A stretch of 64,000 bases of DNA from a virus (IMGVR_UViG_3300044713_000194:32001-96000); one strand, 5' to 3'; numbered from the stretch's first letter, positions 47,854 through 56,898 are shown. The notes: generated from the sequence alone by a model not told the origin. Made by a program: numbers and translations.

Positions 47854-47930
47854 TGGTGGCGGCGGAAGCAATCGAAGCTTCGACCTTGGGGTTATGAGTC
47901 CCACGCTCTGACCACCTGAGCTACGCCGCC
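47854..47930 (-). tRNA. tRNA-Met(CAT) elongator
   Basis: GGCGGCG acceptor; loop CT-CAT-AA. Confidence 0.82.
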
Positions 47931-47934
47931 ACGA

Positions 47935-48350
47935 TGATTGCTTCGACGAGCAGGGCTGGCAACCTGCATCTGCGGCTTCTGGATAGGTGGGCCGCTGACT
48001 TCCGTTAGGGGGTTGACACCGTGCCCCCATTCCGCTCCGCCGTTTCCGGAGTTAATCGATCATCGATCTTCGCGCACCCTTCAGATTATCCCCACTCTTG
48101 CAGGAACCAAGCCTGTCGGCCTGGCGGGATCGGCACCACGGTTACCCGCTGCGCTTATATGCCGAACTTTCCGATCGGGTGTGTTGCTACACCAAAGAAC
48201 TCTGACCGGCGAATCGTCGTTTGTTCCTCTTATCCGGAGGACTTCACTAAATCTGTAAATTCGCCGGGTGCGGTATCGCCTTGCGGCGTCCGCGCGGTTC
48301 ACTCTTTAAAGGAAATGGCTACTTTTAGGCCAACCTCCCCGGTCGAAATT
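47935..48350 (-). ncRNA. structured ncRNA with a 23S rRNA GTPase-centre (H43/H44)-like domain
   Basis: GGAGGTTGGCCTAAAAGTAGCCATTTCCTTTAAAGAGT...TTCTTTGGTGTAGCAACAC; no credible ORF. Confidence 0.6.
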
Positions 48351-48352
48351 TA

Positions 48353-48428
48353 TGGCGGGGCCGACGAGCTTCGATCTCGCTACCTCGGCAGTGACAGTGC
48401 CGCGCTCTGCCAATTGAGCTACGACCCC
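48353..48428 (-). tRNA. tRNA-Asp(GTC)
   Basis: CGGCA-CTGTCAC-TGCCG. Confidence 0.9.
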
Positions 48429-48445
48429 GCAAAAACCTCGAAGAT

Positions 48446-48521
48446 TGGCATGGGCAGAGGGATTCGAACCCCCAAGTTCGGTTTTGGAGACCGACAGTTT
48501 ACCAATTGAGCTTATGCCCAT
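48446..48521 (-). tRNA. tRNA-Trp(CCA)
   Basis: TCGGT-CTCCAAA-ACCGA. Confidence 0.9.
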
Positions 48522-48602
48522 GTATGCCCGGCCATCGTGTAGGCCGGGTTCAACTTCACTTTCAATTGTCAAAGACCTTCACCTGGGCCTGAGCCCCGAT
48601 CT

Positions 48603-48692
48603 TGGTGGGGGTGGGTGGGCGGAAGCAATCGAGCAGCCGATCCCACGTCCCTTTGAACGTTTTAGCTGCTCTTTCCTCCGATCCGCATCCCC
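48603..48692 (-). ncRNA. CCA-ended hairpin RNA, first unit of array 2
   Basis: GGGGATG/CACCCCC-A-CCA acceptor-like stem on a long hairpin. Confidence 0.4.
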
Positions 48693-48694
48693 AC

Positions 48695-48724
48695 AAAGCA
48701 AAACCCCCGGCCTTAGCCGGGGGT
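48695..48724 (-). terminator. attenuator terminator 2
   Basis: ACCCCCGGC-TAAG-GCCGGGGGT-TTTGCTTT. Confidence 0.85.
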
Positions 48725-48750
48725 CGTGAACCTACGAGTAAACCACTCGG

Positions 48751-48852
48751 TTACACGGAACCCCCCAGCACGCGATCCCATCCTTCGCGCACTACGCTCT
48801 CCATCCGCTTAACGCGGATGTTGACAGTCGTTTTTATGGTCCTGGAGTTCAT
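48751..48852 (-). CDS. attenuator leader peptide 2 (MNSRTIKTTVNIRVKRMESVVREGWDRVLGGSV)
   Basis: GGAAGGA RBS; codons cover all 13 canonical tRNAs of array 2. Confidence 0.8.
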   Translation of the reverse strand: MNSRTIKTTVNIRVKRMESVVREGWDRVLGGSV

Positions 48853-48873
48853 GTAAAGAGTATCCTTCCCTTG

Positions 48874-48902
48874 CTTGGACGTAATCCCTAGCCAAAAGTT
48901 GC
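48874..48902 (-). promoter_or_regulatory. tRNA-array promoter 2
   Basis: GCAAC-N16-CGTCCAAG. Confidence 0.75.
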
Positions 48903-48933
48903 GAAGTTTTGTAGGATTTGATTCGGAGGTAAT

Positions 48934-49149
48934 ATGTCAATCAACACACTCGTATCCGAAATCGATCATGAAATTGCCGGACTCACTCAAGCCCGGAAGA
49001 TCCTAACCTCTTTAAACGGGCATTCGACACGACCCGCCGCCGGAACGCATAAACGCAGGCCTCTCTCGGTCGCGGCCCGGAAGCGGATCGCTGCGGCCCA
49101 AAAGAAACGATGGGCGGAGCAGAGGAAAGCCGCGAAGAAAACTGCGTAG
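48934..49149 (+). CDS. small basic DNA-binding-like protein (SxxARKRIAAAQKKRWA)
   Basis: GGAGG RBS; coiled coil plus basic tail. Confidence 0.75.
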   Translation: MSINTLVSEIDHEIAGLTQARKILTSLNGHSTRPAAGTHKRRPLSVAARKRIAAAQKKRWAEQRKAAKKTA

Positions 49150-49150
49150 A

Positions 49151-49390
49151 CTAAGCCCGCGCCAGCTTCTCTTCTACAAACCCCCGCACAACTTCTTTAG
49201 CCTTAACCTGATCGATGGGATGGAACGCGCCTACGGCGTGCACGACAGGGCCGCCGCCGCGTTCCTCGATCACCACGACAAACTCATTGAATGGGCAAGC
49301 CTTCGTGAGGCGGTCCGCGAGATCCCACGCGGCATCCGCCGTTCGTGTCTTCGTGATGCGGTTGAGTAGAAGCATAGAAGAGGCCGTCAT
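49151..49390 (-). CDS. small hypothetical protein
   Basis: ORF track. Confidence 0.5.
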   Translation of the reverse strand: MTASSMLLLNRITKTRTADAAWDLADRLTKACPFNEFVVVIEERGGGPVVHAVGAFHPIDQVKAKEVVRGFVEEKLARA

Positions 49391-49438
49391 AACGATGGCT
49401 TCTTCATTATGCTTTGAAGTTGCTTAATCGGAAACTGT

Positions 49439-49515
49439 TGGTCGGGACGGTCAGATTCGAACTGGCGACCTTACGCACCCCAAGCGTACGCTCTACCAGG
49501 CTGAGCCACGCCCCG
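49439..49515 (-). tRNA. tRNA-Pro(GGG)
   Basis: TACGC-TTGGGGT-GCGTA. Confidence 0.9.
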
Positions 49516-49518
49516 ACA

Positions 49519-49788
49519 TCACTTAAACATCCCGATTATCTTGACACAATCGGGAGTTAAACTAAGCAGCGCCTGCTGCAAATTTAGCTCTGTACGAAGT
49601 TTCTCTTCGGTCCAGTCACTATTCTCGATCTTTAGCCGCGCCAGGGCATTGAGATAGGGATACGTTCCGAAGCACATTAACAACTGGGTTGTAGGCCAGT
49701 CAGATGCCTCAATAACCATTCGCGCGTAATTTTGGAATCCAGTCTCAAACTCTTGTCGCAGACGACTTTTCGTTTCACTATCCATCAA
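49519..49788 (-). CDS. small hypothetical protein
   Basis: AAGGAG RBS. Confidence 0.6.
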   Translation of the reverse strand: MMDSETKSRLRQEFETGFQNYARMVIEASDWPTTQLLMCFGTYPYLNALARLKIENSDWTEEKLRTELNLQQALLSLTPDCVKIIGMFK

Positions 49789-49801
49789 CTCTCCTTAGAG
49801 T

Positions 49802-49879
49802 TGGCCCGAGGAGCGGGAGTCGAACCTGCCCACCGGATGACTGCGCAGACCCCGGCGCTACCCACATGCCAGTCCTCGG
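49802..49879 (-). ncRNA. tRNA-like RNA with enlarged anticodon loop
   Basis: CCGAGGA/TCCTCGG-G-CCA; T arm; 13-nt loop. Confidence 0.55.
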
Positions 49880-50146
49880 TTAAAGCTTCGCTGTTGGCGG
49901 AAGCGGGTGATTCCAGTTTTTCTTCATCCACCAGTTGAGGCTGCCGACAATTACGAATACACCGGCTGCCGCACCGACACAACACATCGCGCGAAAAGCG
50001 TCATCGGGGTCGGTAAAGGCCGAATAAACCATGCCACCGAGCGCAAATAACAGACCCGCAACGCAAAGCGTGATCGCAATTGCCTTTGCGACTTTCCCGA
50101 CTGCACCCAGAAACCGCGCCGTCCTATATTGCCATGTCATCACCAA
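49880..50146 (-). CDS. two-TM membrane protein
   Basis: Two hydrophobic segments. Confidence 0.6.
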   Translation of the reverse strand: MVMTWQYRTARFLGAVGKVAKAIAITLCVAGLLFALGGMVYSAFTDPDDAFRAMCCVGAAAGVFVIVGSLNWWMKKNWNHPLPPTAKL

Positions 50147-50910
50147 GCTCCCTCAATTTCTTCCGGCCCCGACAGGATGTGCTCGGGCCGGACGGTTGTC
50201 AGATTGGGAAATCTTTTTGCAACTTCCTCAACAAACCAGCGGATCATCTGACGCCCCTTGCTCGGTGTACATGCGTCAATTATCGCAAACAGCAGAAACA
50301 GGTCAAGATCCTCAACGCTCATCAAGGCATGAAGGAGCTTCTTCTCATCCATACAGGGCTCCTCCGCTCGCGGAGAACCCTCCAGCGCCTTACAGCGCTG
50401 ACAGACGCGCCGTAAGAAGCCCGGCGACGATGTGTTTCGTTCCCATCCTACGAAGTAGGACGCAGCCTTGGGTTCCCACGCGTGACGCGTTTCCTTCATC
50501 TTTTTGAACACTGCATAACCGATGTCGTGCCACTGCGTAATGTTCAGCATACTGCCGTCATCGGTGAACCGCGCCAGATATTCGCGTGCAATCGACGCAT
50601 GACTCTTGGGATCGAGGATGGCGCTGTCGCGCTTGGCCTCCATCTTGAACGAGTCGTGCACGTGAATCAGAACTTTCAGCTTCCAGTACCGCTCGCTGTC
50701 GGCCTCAACGAGCCCTTGGGATACCAACCTCGCGAGGTTGGCTTCGAGATCGGCAATGTGCGCCTTCACCGTTCCTTCGGCGTGCCCCCGGCGTGGTTTG
50801 CCATACTCGATGTTGGCCTGGTAGCGCGGGTCCGCGATGATCTGTTCGTAGACCGCTTTGAAGTTCGTCACACCCATACCTCGATCGGTCTCCGACCATC
50901 GGCTTCGCAC
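50140..50910 (-). CDS. HD-domain phosphohydrolase
   Basis: H..EG...H, HDSFK, H, HD, D; probable start at MGVTNF. Confidence 0.75.
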   Translation of the reverse strand: MRSRWSETDRGMGVTNFKAVYEQIIADPRYQANIEYGKPRRGHAEGTVKAHIADLEANLARLVSQGLVEADSERYWKLKVLIHVHDSFKMEAKRDSAILDPKSHASIAREYLARFTDDGSMLNITQWHDIGYAVFKKMKETRHAWEPKAASYFVGWERNTSSPGFLRRVCQRCKALEGSPRAEEPCMDEKKLLHALMSVEDLDLFLLFAIIDACTPSKGRQMIRWFVEEVAKRFPNLTTVRPEHILSGPEEIEGAW

Positions 50911-51164
50911 GAGACGAGTTTCACCCGCGTGCGGGGAATCGAGTCATCCTTGAGGATCACTGCTTGCCAGATTTGGCCTACCACTGCGTTGTCGTACTGC
51001 ACCGGGACCTCCCCATTCATTGAAGAGAGGAACATAGACACATCGTCGGGATGGAGCCTGACTTCGACAACACGGAGCCGTGGGTCTTTCTCAACCTCTG
51101 AAAAACCGTTAGCCAACTTGTCGAGCGAGAAGAAGTTCAGTTGTTCTGTCATAGCTTTAACCAT
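50868..51164 (-). CDS. hypothetical protein
   Basis: ORF track. Confidence 0.55.
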   Translation of the reverse strand: MVKAMTEQLNFFSLDKLANGFSEVEKDPRLRVVEVRLHPDDVSMFLSSMNGEVPVQYDNAVVGQIWQAVILKDDSIPRTRVKLVSCEADGRRPIEVWV

Positions 51165-51356
51165 CGTCCACTACAAGAAATCACAAGAGTCGGGCACGTT
51201 TGCTTCGCAGGCTGGTAATGCTTGCGAAGCGGCTTCCCGCAGGTCTCACAAATCACTTCCCCGCTTGCTCGGAACGCCTCTTTCCACTCCTCCGGAGGGA
51301 TGTCGTCTTTCTCCCAAGACCAGGCCATCAGTCAGTTTCCTTATGCGGTACTCCCC

Positions 51357-52562
51357 TCAGTCTTTATAGGGGTCCCGCTCTGTCGAAGACGCCATTGCCA
51401 CGCCAACCGGCGTCAGCCGGTGCAGAATCTTGACCGAGTCCTCGACTGAAGCCAGGACCTCGTCAAGGCGCTTGTAGCAATCCGGCGACTCATCGAGGCC
51501 GCCGCCGCGAAGCTCGATACCCGCGCGATCGATCCAGGCACGCATCATCTCCTGGGTAACTTTGCCTTCACGGACGACGCGGACTTCACCCGTCTCCTTG
51601 TTCTTCTTGGTAACACCGGTCGCTTCCTTGCGCCCCATCGCGCGGCCTGCACCGTGCACGGTCGAGTAGAGAGAGTACTTTGCGTTCTCGTTCTCGACAC
51701 CCTCAAGGATCACCGACTGCTCACCCATCGAGCCGCCGACAAAGCCCTTCCGGCCTGGGTAGGCCGGTGTTGCCCCCTTACGGACAACCCAATACCACTC
51801 ACCGCCATGGAATTCACGCCATGCATAATTGTGGTGGTTGTGGACTTCCTCAATAACGGGAGCGCCGAGAATCTTTGCAACGCGATCACATACCCAGTCG
51901 CGGCCCGAATAAGCGTAGGCACCGGCCAAATGCATCGCCAGGAGGTACTGGTCACCGAGATCGCTCTTCACGTCAAGCACGCATGGCTCAACCTCCATGC
52001 CGTCCTTCGCTCCGGCAGCCTTGAGGAACCAGGTTGCGATGCCGTGGCCAAGACCGCGCGAACCGAAGTGCACGCCAATCCAGACGCGATCCTGCTCGTC
52101 GGTGAACAGGTCCACGTAGTGGTTGCCGGAGCCCACCGTACCAAGCTGAACGACAGCCTTCTGATGCAGAGGCTTGCAGGCCGCCAGCTTCCACGCATCG
52201 GCATGGGCGAAGTCTTCCCACAAGACGGAGCTATCGACCTTCTCGTTGTTCTTGCGGCCTACGCCGAAGCTGATCGTCTTCCACACGTCGTCCATGATCG
52301 TCTTGATGTTGGCGCGAAGCTCCGTGCCGGTCATGTCTACGCGGACTGCCTTGTTGCCGCAGCCGATGTCGTAGCCCACGCCGGTCGGGCTGATGGCATC
52401 CTTGTACGCCACCACTCCGCCGATCGGCACACCGTAGCCCAGATGGTTGTCTGGCATCAGCGCCACCTTGTCGGCGGTCTTCGCGCACGTGCGTATCTGG
52501 TTGAGCGTCTTCTCGTCGGCTTCGCCGAATACCGGGATCTTTCCGTCAATGAGTTGCATCAT
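51357..52562 (-). CDS. rtcB: RtcB RNA ligase
   Basis: PDNHLGYGVPIG, VGYDIGCG, LGTVGSGNHY, HFGSRG, HNHHNYA, RKGAT, HGAGR, DESPDCYK. Confidence 0.95.
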   Translation of the reverse strand: MMQLIDGKIPVFGEADEKTLNQIRTCAKTADKVALMPDNHLGYGVPIGGVVAYKDAISPTGVGYDIGCGNKAVRVDMTGTELRANIKTIMDDVWKTISFGVGRKNNEKVDSSVLWEDFAHADAWKLAACKPLHQKAVVQLGTVGSGNHYVDLFTDEQDRVWIGVHFGSRGLGHGIATWFLKAAGAKDGMEVEPCVLDVKSDLGDQYLLAMHLAGAYAYSGRDWVCDRVAKILGAPVIEEVHNHHNYAWREFHGGEWYWVVRKGATPAYPGRKGFVGGSMGEQSVILEGVENENAKYSLYSTVHGAGRAMGRKEATGVTKKNKETGEVRVVREGKVTQEMMRAWIDRAGIELRGGGLDESPDCYKRLDEVLASVEDSVKILHRLTPVGVAMASSTERDPYKD

Positions 52563-54112
52563 TTCTTTTCTCCCGCGACCTCGTCTTTTGACCAGTACCA
52601 CTTTCCCTTATTCTGCACTACGCCCTTGAATCCACGCGGTGGGCAAAACTCGCGGCCTTCTATGTCGAGGAATGCCCGCTTGCGAGCCCGTATAGCGTAG
52701 ATACCGTCCCTCATGCATGGTTGGGGCACAATTGGCAGTAGAACTGCGATCGCCATCAACGTTCACACCTGGGCTGTCCAGTAGTTCTCGCGTCGAATGC
52801 AATCGAGGCAAGCTCCGCAGCCGCTGCAATGGCTTACCGCCGGTACCCGCATTGCCGCGAGGACGCGTGCCGCCAAAGTATCGTCGAACTTTTCGGATCG
52901 TCCATCGAAGAAGCCTCTCATAGGCTCCTGCCGTGGCCGATAGCAATGCTTTCGAATCTCGTCTGCGGTCTTGATGTCTTGTGCGATCGGCTTCACGTCA
53001 CAATGAATGCAGAGGCGGTTGACGATGTTTACCGAGCCGCAACGATCACAGAAGGCGTGACCGTCCGCGCGGTAGTTGATGCCGTCGCGCATGGAGTACT
53101 CCATGGGCTCCGCCGCACATTCGTCTCCCGTGGTATTTGGCATGTTCCGAAAACCTCCCTAGTGGCTAATACTGAGGCGGAAGGACGGAATTCACATACC
53201 CATTAACATTATTCCAAATATTCTTGGTGACCGCCCTGCGCCGCCCGTTTATGTGCTTCGCGGCGTTTCCGCTTGTGTCCAAAGTACTTATCGGCGTGAC
53301 AAAGCTTTGAGCCGCAGCCAAGGTTCCACTTGGAGTATCGACCCCAGGCGGAAGGCTCCGTGGGATGGACACGGTTGATGAGGTTGGTGCGTTCCTGAAC
53401 GCGGTGACTGTCGGTCCAGACGTGGTCATGGATAAAGCGCCGCTTCGCGATGACGCGGTCGCGCTGGTGCCGACGTTCGGCACGATTGGTTGGATGACTC
53501 ATGGCTGATGCCGCCCCCTTCGTGCGGTGTGTTACATCGAAGCCATGAATTCCTCCTCGGACACTTCCACAAGAATCGCCCCCGTTTCGTCTTCAATTAT
53601 CCACTTGCGATCGAGCCCAAGCTCAATCAGTTCGCGTACCCCGATTTCAGGAGGCACATCGGCCAGGTTCCTCAGCCGGATTTCACTCAGCCTAATTTGG
53701 AGAGACCGAAGACTGAACATCGTTCCATTGAGTTCCCGCAGCGCGGCTTTGAAATCGAAGATACCGTTCATAAGTCTGTGCCCTTGTGTGTTTCCAGTTG
53801 GTGTGGATCAGAAGGCGCAAGAAATTCAGTACCGGGCTGTTTTCGATGAACTCCACTGGGAGGCCGTCACGACCGATCGGAGTCTTGCCGAATATCTTCA
53901 CCCTCGCCCCCTTTCTCTACTGGCGCATGATCCGATTCCGGCAACATACACTTAGGAATCTCCGTGCGTATTCCGCCGATATATGCGCACACCTCGATAC
54001 AATCGTCCCAGCTATGCCCGTCCTTGCGCATATTGCGCACCAGGCGCTCCAGCCCGCGCCGAAAGTTCCGGATTTCCCGCCTACGCTGGAGCCACTTTTT
54101 CAGCCAGATCAT
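52559..54112 (-). other. small hypothetical genes (52559-52759, 52763-53143, 53209-53502, 53532-53771, 53867-54112)
   Basis: Co-oriented short ORFs with RBSs. Confidence 0.5.
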
Positions 54113-54164
54113 ATTCGCCTTTCGTCAAACTTCCCGGCGTCTTGCCACTGAGACCACGCGAATG

Positions 54165-54375
54165 CCTCGACATTCGCGGCGGGATTCGAACCCGCGTTTC
54201 CGGGCTTGATGGCGCTCTACCAGCCTGAGCCACTCGCCGCTTGGCACTACCGGTCAAGCCGGGATCTCCATAAGGCGAGGCGGGATTCGAACCCGCGACC
54301 TCCATCCTACTTTTGTCTAACCGGCGTCCTGGGCTTGAACGATTGGGGGGAAGGCGTTCACCCGCAAGTCCAGTG
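54165..54375 (-). ncRNA. permuted/nested double tRNA-mimic RNA (YrlA-like topology)
   Basis: T arm precedes D arm; CTCGCC/GGCGAG and GATGG/CCATC pair; second T arm follows. Confidence 0.6.
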
Positions 54376-54404
54376 GCTCACATAAAGCGATTGGGTAGTT
54401 CTTT

Positions 54405-54483
54405 TGGAGGGAGGGGAGGGACTCGAACCCTCAAAAATCGTGAGCCACAGTCACGCGCGTCTACCAATTCCGCCACCGACCCC
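54405..54483 (-). tRNA. tRNA-His(GTG)
   Basis: CGTGA-CTGTGGC-TCACG; imperfect acceptor stem. Confidence 0.75.
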
Positions 54484-54488
54484 CGGCT

Positions 54489-54725
54489 TTATGCTTGAAC
54501 CTTTACCGTCCCATCTTGCAAAAGTGCCTCGACCTCGGGATCGACCTCCGCTGGAACCGTTGTGGCCCCACTGTCCCTTAGACGCGGCCAGCGAAGCTTA
54601 CCAATGAAATCGCCATGCCTTCGATACACGCAAATATCGAGGACTCCAGACCGTTCATCCTCGTTTGGACAAAGCTCCAGGTCTGGGTGCTTCTCAATTG
54701 CGATTACAGCAGAGATGAAATCCAT
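54489..54725 (-). CDS. small hypothetical protein
   Basis: GGGGAG RBS. Confidence 0.55.
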   Translation of the reverse strand: MDFISAVIAIEKHPDLELCPNEDERSGVLDICVYRRHGDFIGKLRWPRLRDSGATTVPAEVDPEVEALLQDGTVKVQA

Positions 54726-54944
54726 CGTTCTACTCCCTTCAAAAACTCAATCAAAATCCTCGTCTTCAGCACCACACATCAGCGGCAGCAAGGTGACCAG
54801 GCAGCACAAGCAAAACAGGTTTGGATCATCGAGCGAAGCCGCAATGCCTATGCCATACACAGACAGCACCGAGATCAGAAATGCTACGACTTCGTATGGC
54901 ATGCAACACCTCTGATGCCCGGTGCCCCACCGCTTACTTCAAAT

Positions 54945-55021
54945 TGGTTGCGGGACCGGACCCCGACTCCGGCGATTTCCTGGTTATGAGCCAGGCGAGA
55001 CTCCCTTTCTCCATCCCCGCG
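54945..55021 (-). tRNA. tRNA-fMet(CAT), divergent
   Basis: C1:A72 mismatch; loop CT-CAT-AA; atypical T loop. Confidence 0.75.
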
Positions 55022-55059
55022 ACTTGTTGAGCGCGTATATTCGGCGCTCGAATATTTTG

Positions 55060-55143
55060 TGGAGCCGGGCAAGGGATTCGAACCCCCGATGTTTGTGTAG
55101 CGGTTTACAATACCGCCGCTTTCGACCACTCAGCCAACCCGGC
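55060..55143 (-). tRNA. tRNA-Thr(TGT) with long variable region
   Basis: GCGGT-ATTGTAA-ACCGC; GCC acceptor; CCA. Confidence 0.78.
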
Positions 55144-55182
55144 CCTACTCACTAATGTTCTGTCCCGCCGACTCTGGATCGG

Positions 55183-55607
55183 CTAAATTCCGTTCCTGTG
55201 GAACCGATACAGTTCGCCGCGAAGCTCCCTCGTCAGTTCCACAGGTCCGAACGGAGCGGCGGTCTCAGGTCGTTCGCGCAACCCTCGATTGAGCCTTACC
55301 GCACGCTTGTTGAAGCTCGCGTCCCCTTGCTGAACATCAGCCAGCAATACTTCGCACGCCAGCATTGACGGCAGACCTTGATGTGGTGCTCGTACCGTGC
55401 CCTGTCGTCGAGTACGAGCAACGTTCAATCCTTCCCGTAAACGCTGACCGTGGCAGACTTCCGGCTTTTGCCGATTTTTACCCTGACGCCCGCACCGGTG
55501 GTTTCGGATTCGAGTGCCGCCTCGCGAATTTGTGAGGCGAACTCCGGAGCGTTCTCAAGCTCCTGCACCGCGCTGCGAGGCAGCGTCACGTAGATCGTTT
55601 TTGCCAT
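55183..55607 (-). other. two small hypothetical genes (55183-55428, 55425-55607)
   Basis: AGGAGG RBS; overlapping stop/start. Confidence 0.55.
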
Positions 55608-55632
55608 GACATCCTCCTGCGTGACTTTCAGA

Positions 55633-55709
55633 TGGAGCCCGAGACCAGGTTTGAACTGGTGACCTCTCCCTTACCAAAGGAGTACTCTGCCAACTGAGCT
55701 ACTGCGGGC
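55633..55709 (-). tRNA. tRNA-Thr(GGT)
   Basis: CTCCT-TTGGTAA-GGGAG. Confidence 0.85.
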
Positions 55710-55930
55710 TTTGAATTTCTCAAAGCGTCCAGCAGGGCTGTGAGTTCAATCACCAGCCTACCTGGAATTGATAAACCTAACTCGTTGCAATAAATGTCGT
55801 CCAAATGGGTCTTAACTTCTTCACGAGCCTCATAAAGACCCAACACCCAGTCCGGTACCTTAACAAGCTTCCCGGTCCCCGTCTCCCAGAATGTACGCGT
55901 CTCGCCCATTTTCAACCCACTAGGACCGAC

Positions 55931-55954
55931 CTCTGCCAACTGAGCTACTGCGGC
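55931..55954 (-). repeat. duplicated 5' end of tRNA-Thr(GGT)
   Basis: 23-bp direct repeat of 55685-55707. Confidence 0.8.
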
Positions 55955-56004
55955 GAAATCGTGTCGCTAAGGGGTAATACTCCCAAAACCCCTCGGCAAC
56001 CATT

Positions 56005-56517
56005 TCAGTAATAGAGAAACTGCCTCCACGCCGGATCGCGGTGACCGATCTTCCGCATCAGATGGCGGCTCGTGTGGATTGTCGCCGGTCTAGGACGGTT
56101 CAAAAGGACCATTCCCGCCTCTTCCGGCGTCCGGTCGGCCTTCTTCCCGTTACACGACTTGCATGCCGTCACCAGGTTCTCCCAGGTGTCCGGGCCGCCC
56201 TGCGCCCGAGGCGTGACATGGTCCAATGTCAAGTCGCGCACATGGAAGTGTTCTCCGCAATACTGACACTGGTAGTCATCCCGAAGGAAGATGTTCCGAG
56301 CCGAAGGCCGCGTCCTGATGTGCGGGACCTTGCGGAACTCAATCAGCCGGACAACGCTGGGCAGCTTGATGCCCCTGTGAATTTCCTGATCGTGCTCTAC
56401 CTCGGCCAATGCAACGGCCTTGCAAATCAACTTAATCGCGTCGCGGGCCGCCGCGAAACGCAGGGGTTCGTACGAAGCGTTCAACACCAGCACCGGTCTG
56501 TCCATCACTGCGCCCAT
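56005..56517 (-). CDS. HNH endonuclease (McrA-like)
   Basis: VLVLNASYEP...RDDYQCQYCG...TLDHV.P...WENLVTACKSCN; start placed downstream of tRNA-Thr. Confidence 0.9.
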   Translation of the reverse strand: MGAVMDRPVLVLNASYEPLRFAAARDAIKLICKAVALAEVEHDQEIHRGIKLPSVVRLIEFRKVPHIRTRPSARNIFLRDDYQCQYCGEHFHVRDLTLDHVTPRAQGGPDTWENLVTACKSCNGKKADRTPEEAGMVLLNRPRPATIHTSRHLMRKIGHRDPAWRQFLYY

Positions 56518-56541
56518 ACAATTACCCCCGAAACCTTGTTG

Positions 56542-56618
56542 TGGAGCCGGTGAGGGCAATCGAAACCCTGACCTGCGGTTTACGAAACCGCCGCTCTGGC
56601 CACCTGAGCTACACCGGC
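56542..56618 (-). tRNA. tRNA-Thr(CGT)
   Basis: GCGGT-TTCGTAA-ACCGC. Confidence 0.88.
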
Positions 56619-56823
56619 CCGACTCAAACTCTGAACTTCCATCCGCACACAATCGAGGCAAGTCCTAGCCTTTGAGATCCCGTGCAGGAAAATTTCTCTA
56701 TACGTACCACCCTGAGAAAGACGTTCGTAGACGCTCAACACATCTCCGTCCAGGTTGATCTGTGTCATACAACACTCCCTTGATAGGAATACCGTTTCGC
56801 TATAGCGATTCGGAATATTAAAG

Positions 56824-56898
56824 TGGAGCGGGTGGCCGGGATCGAACCGGCGGCATCCTGCTTGGCAAGCAGGTGTTCTACCGCTGAACTACATCCGC
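56824..56898 (-). tRNA. tRNA-Gly(GCC)
   Basis: CCTGC-TTGCCAA-GCAGG. Confidence 0.92.

Noticed and set aside
48165-48350. True rRNA gene
   Set aside because: Similarity is limited to one short domain lying between tRNA genes.
54165-54375. Two-piece tmRNA
   Set aside because: No tag reading frame, no G3:U70 acceptor with CCA, and a full D arm is present.
56518-56661. N-terminal extension of the HNH ORF, and other ORFs overlapping tRNA genes
   Set aside because: They overlap clear tRNA genes; the start was moved to 56517.
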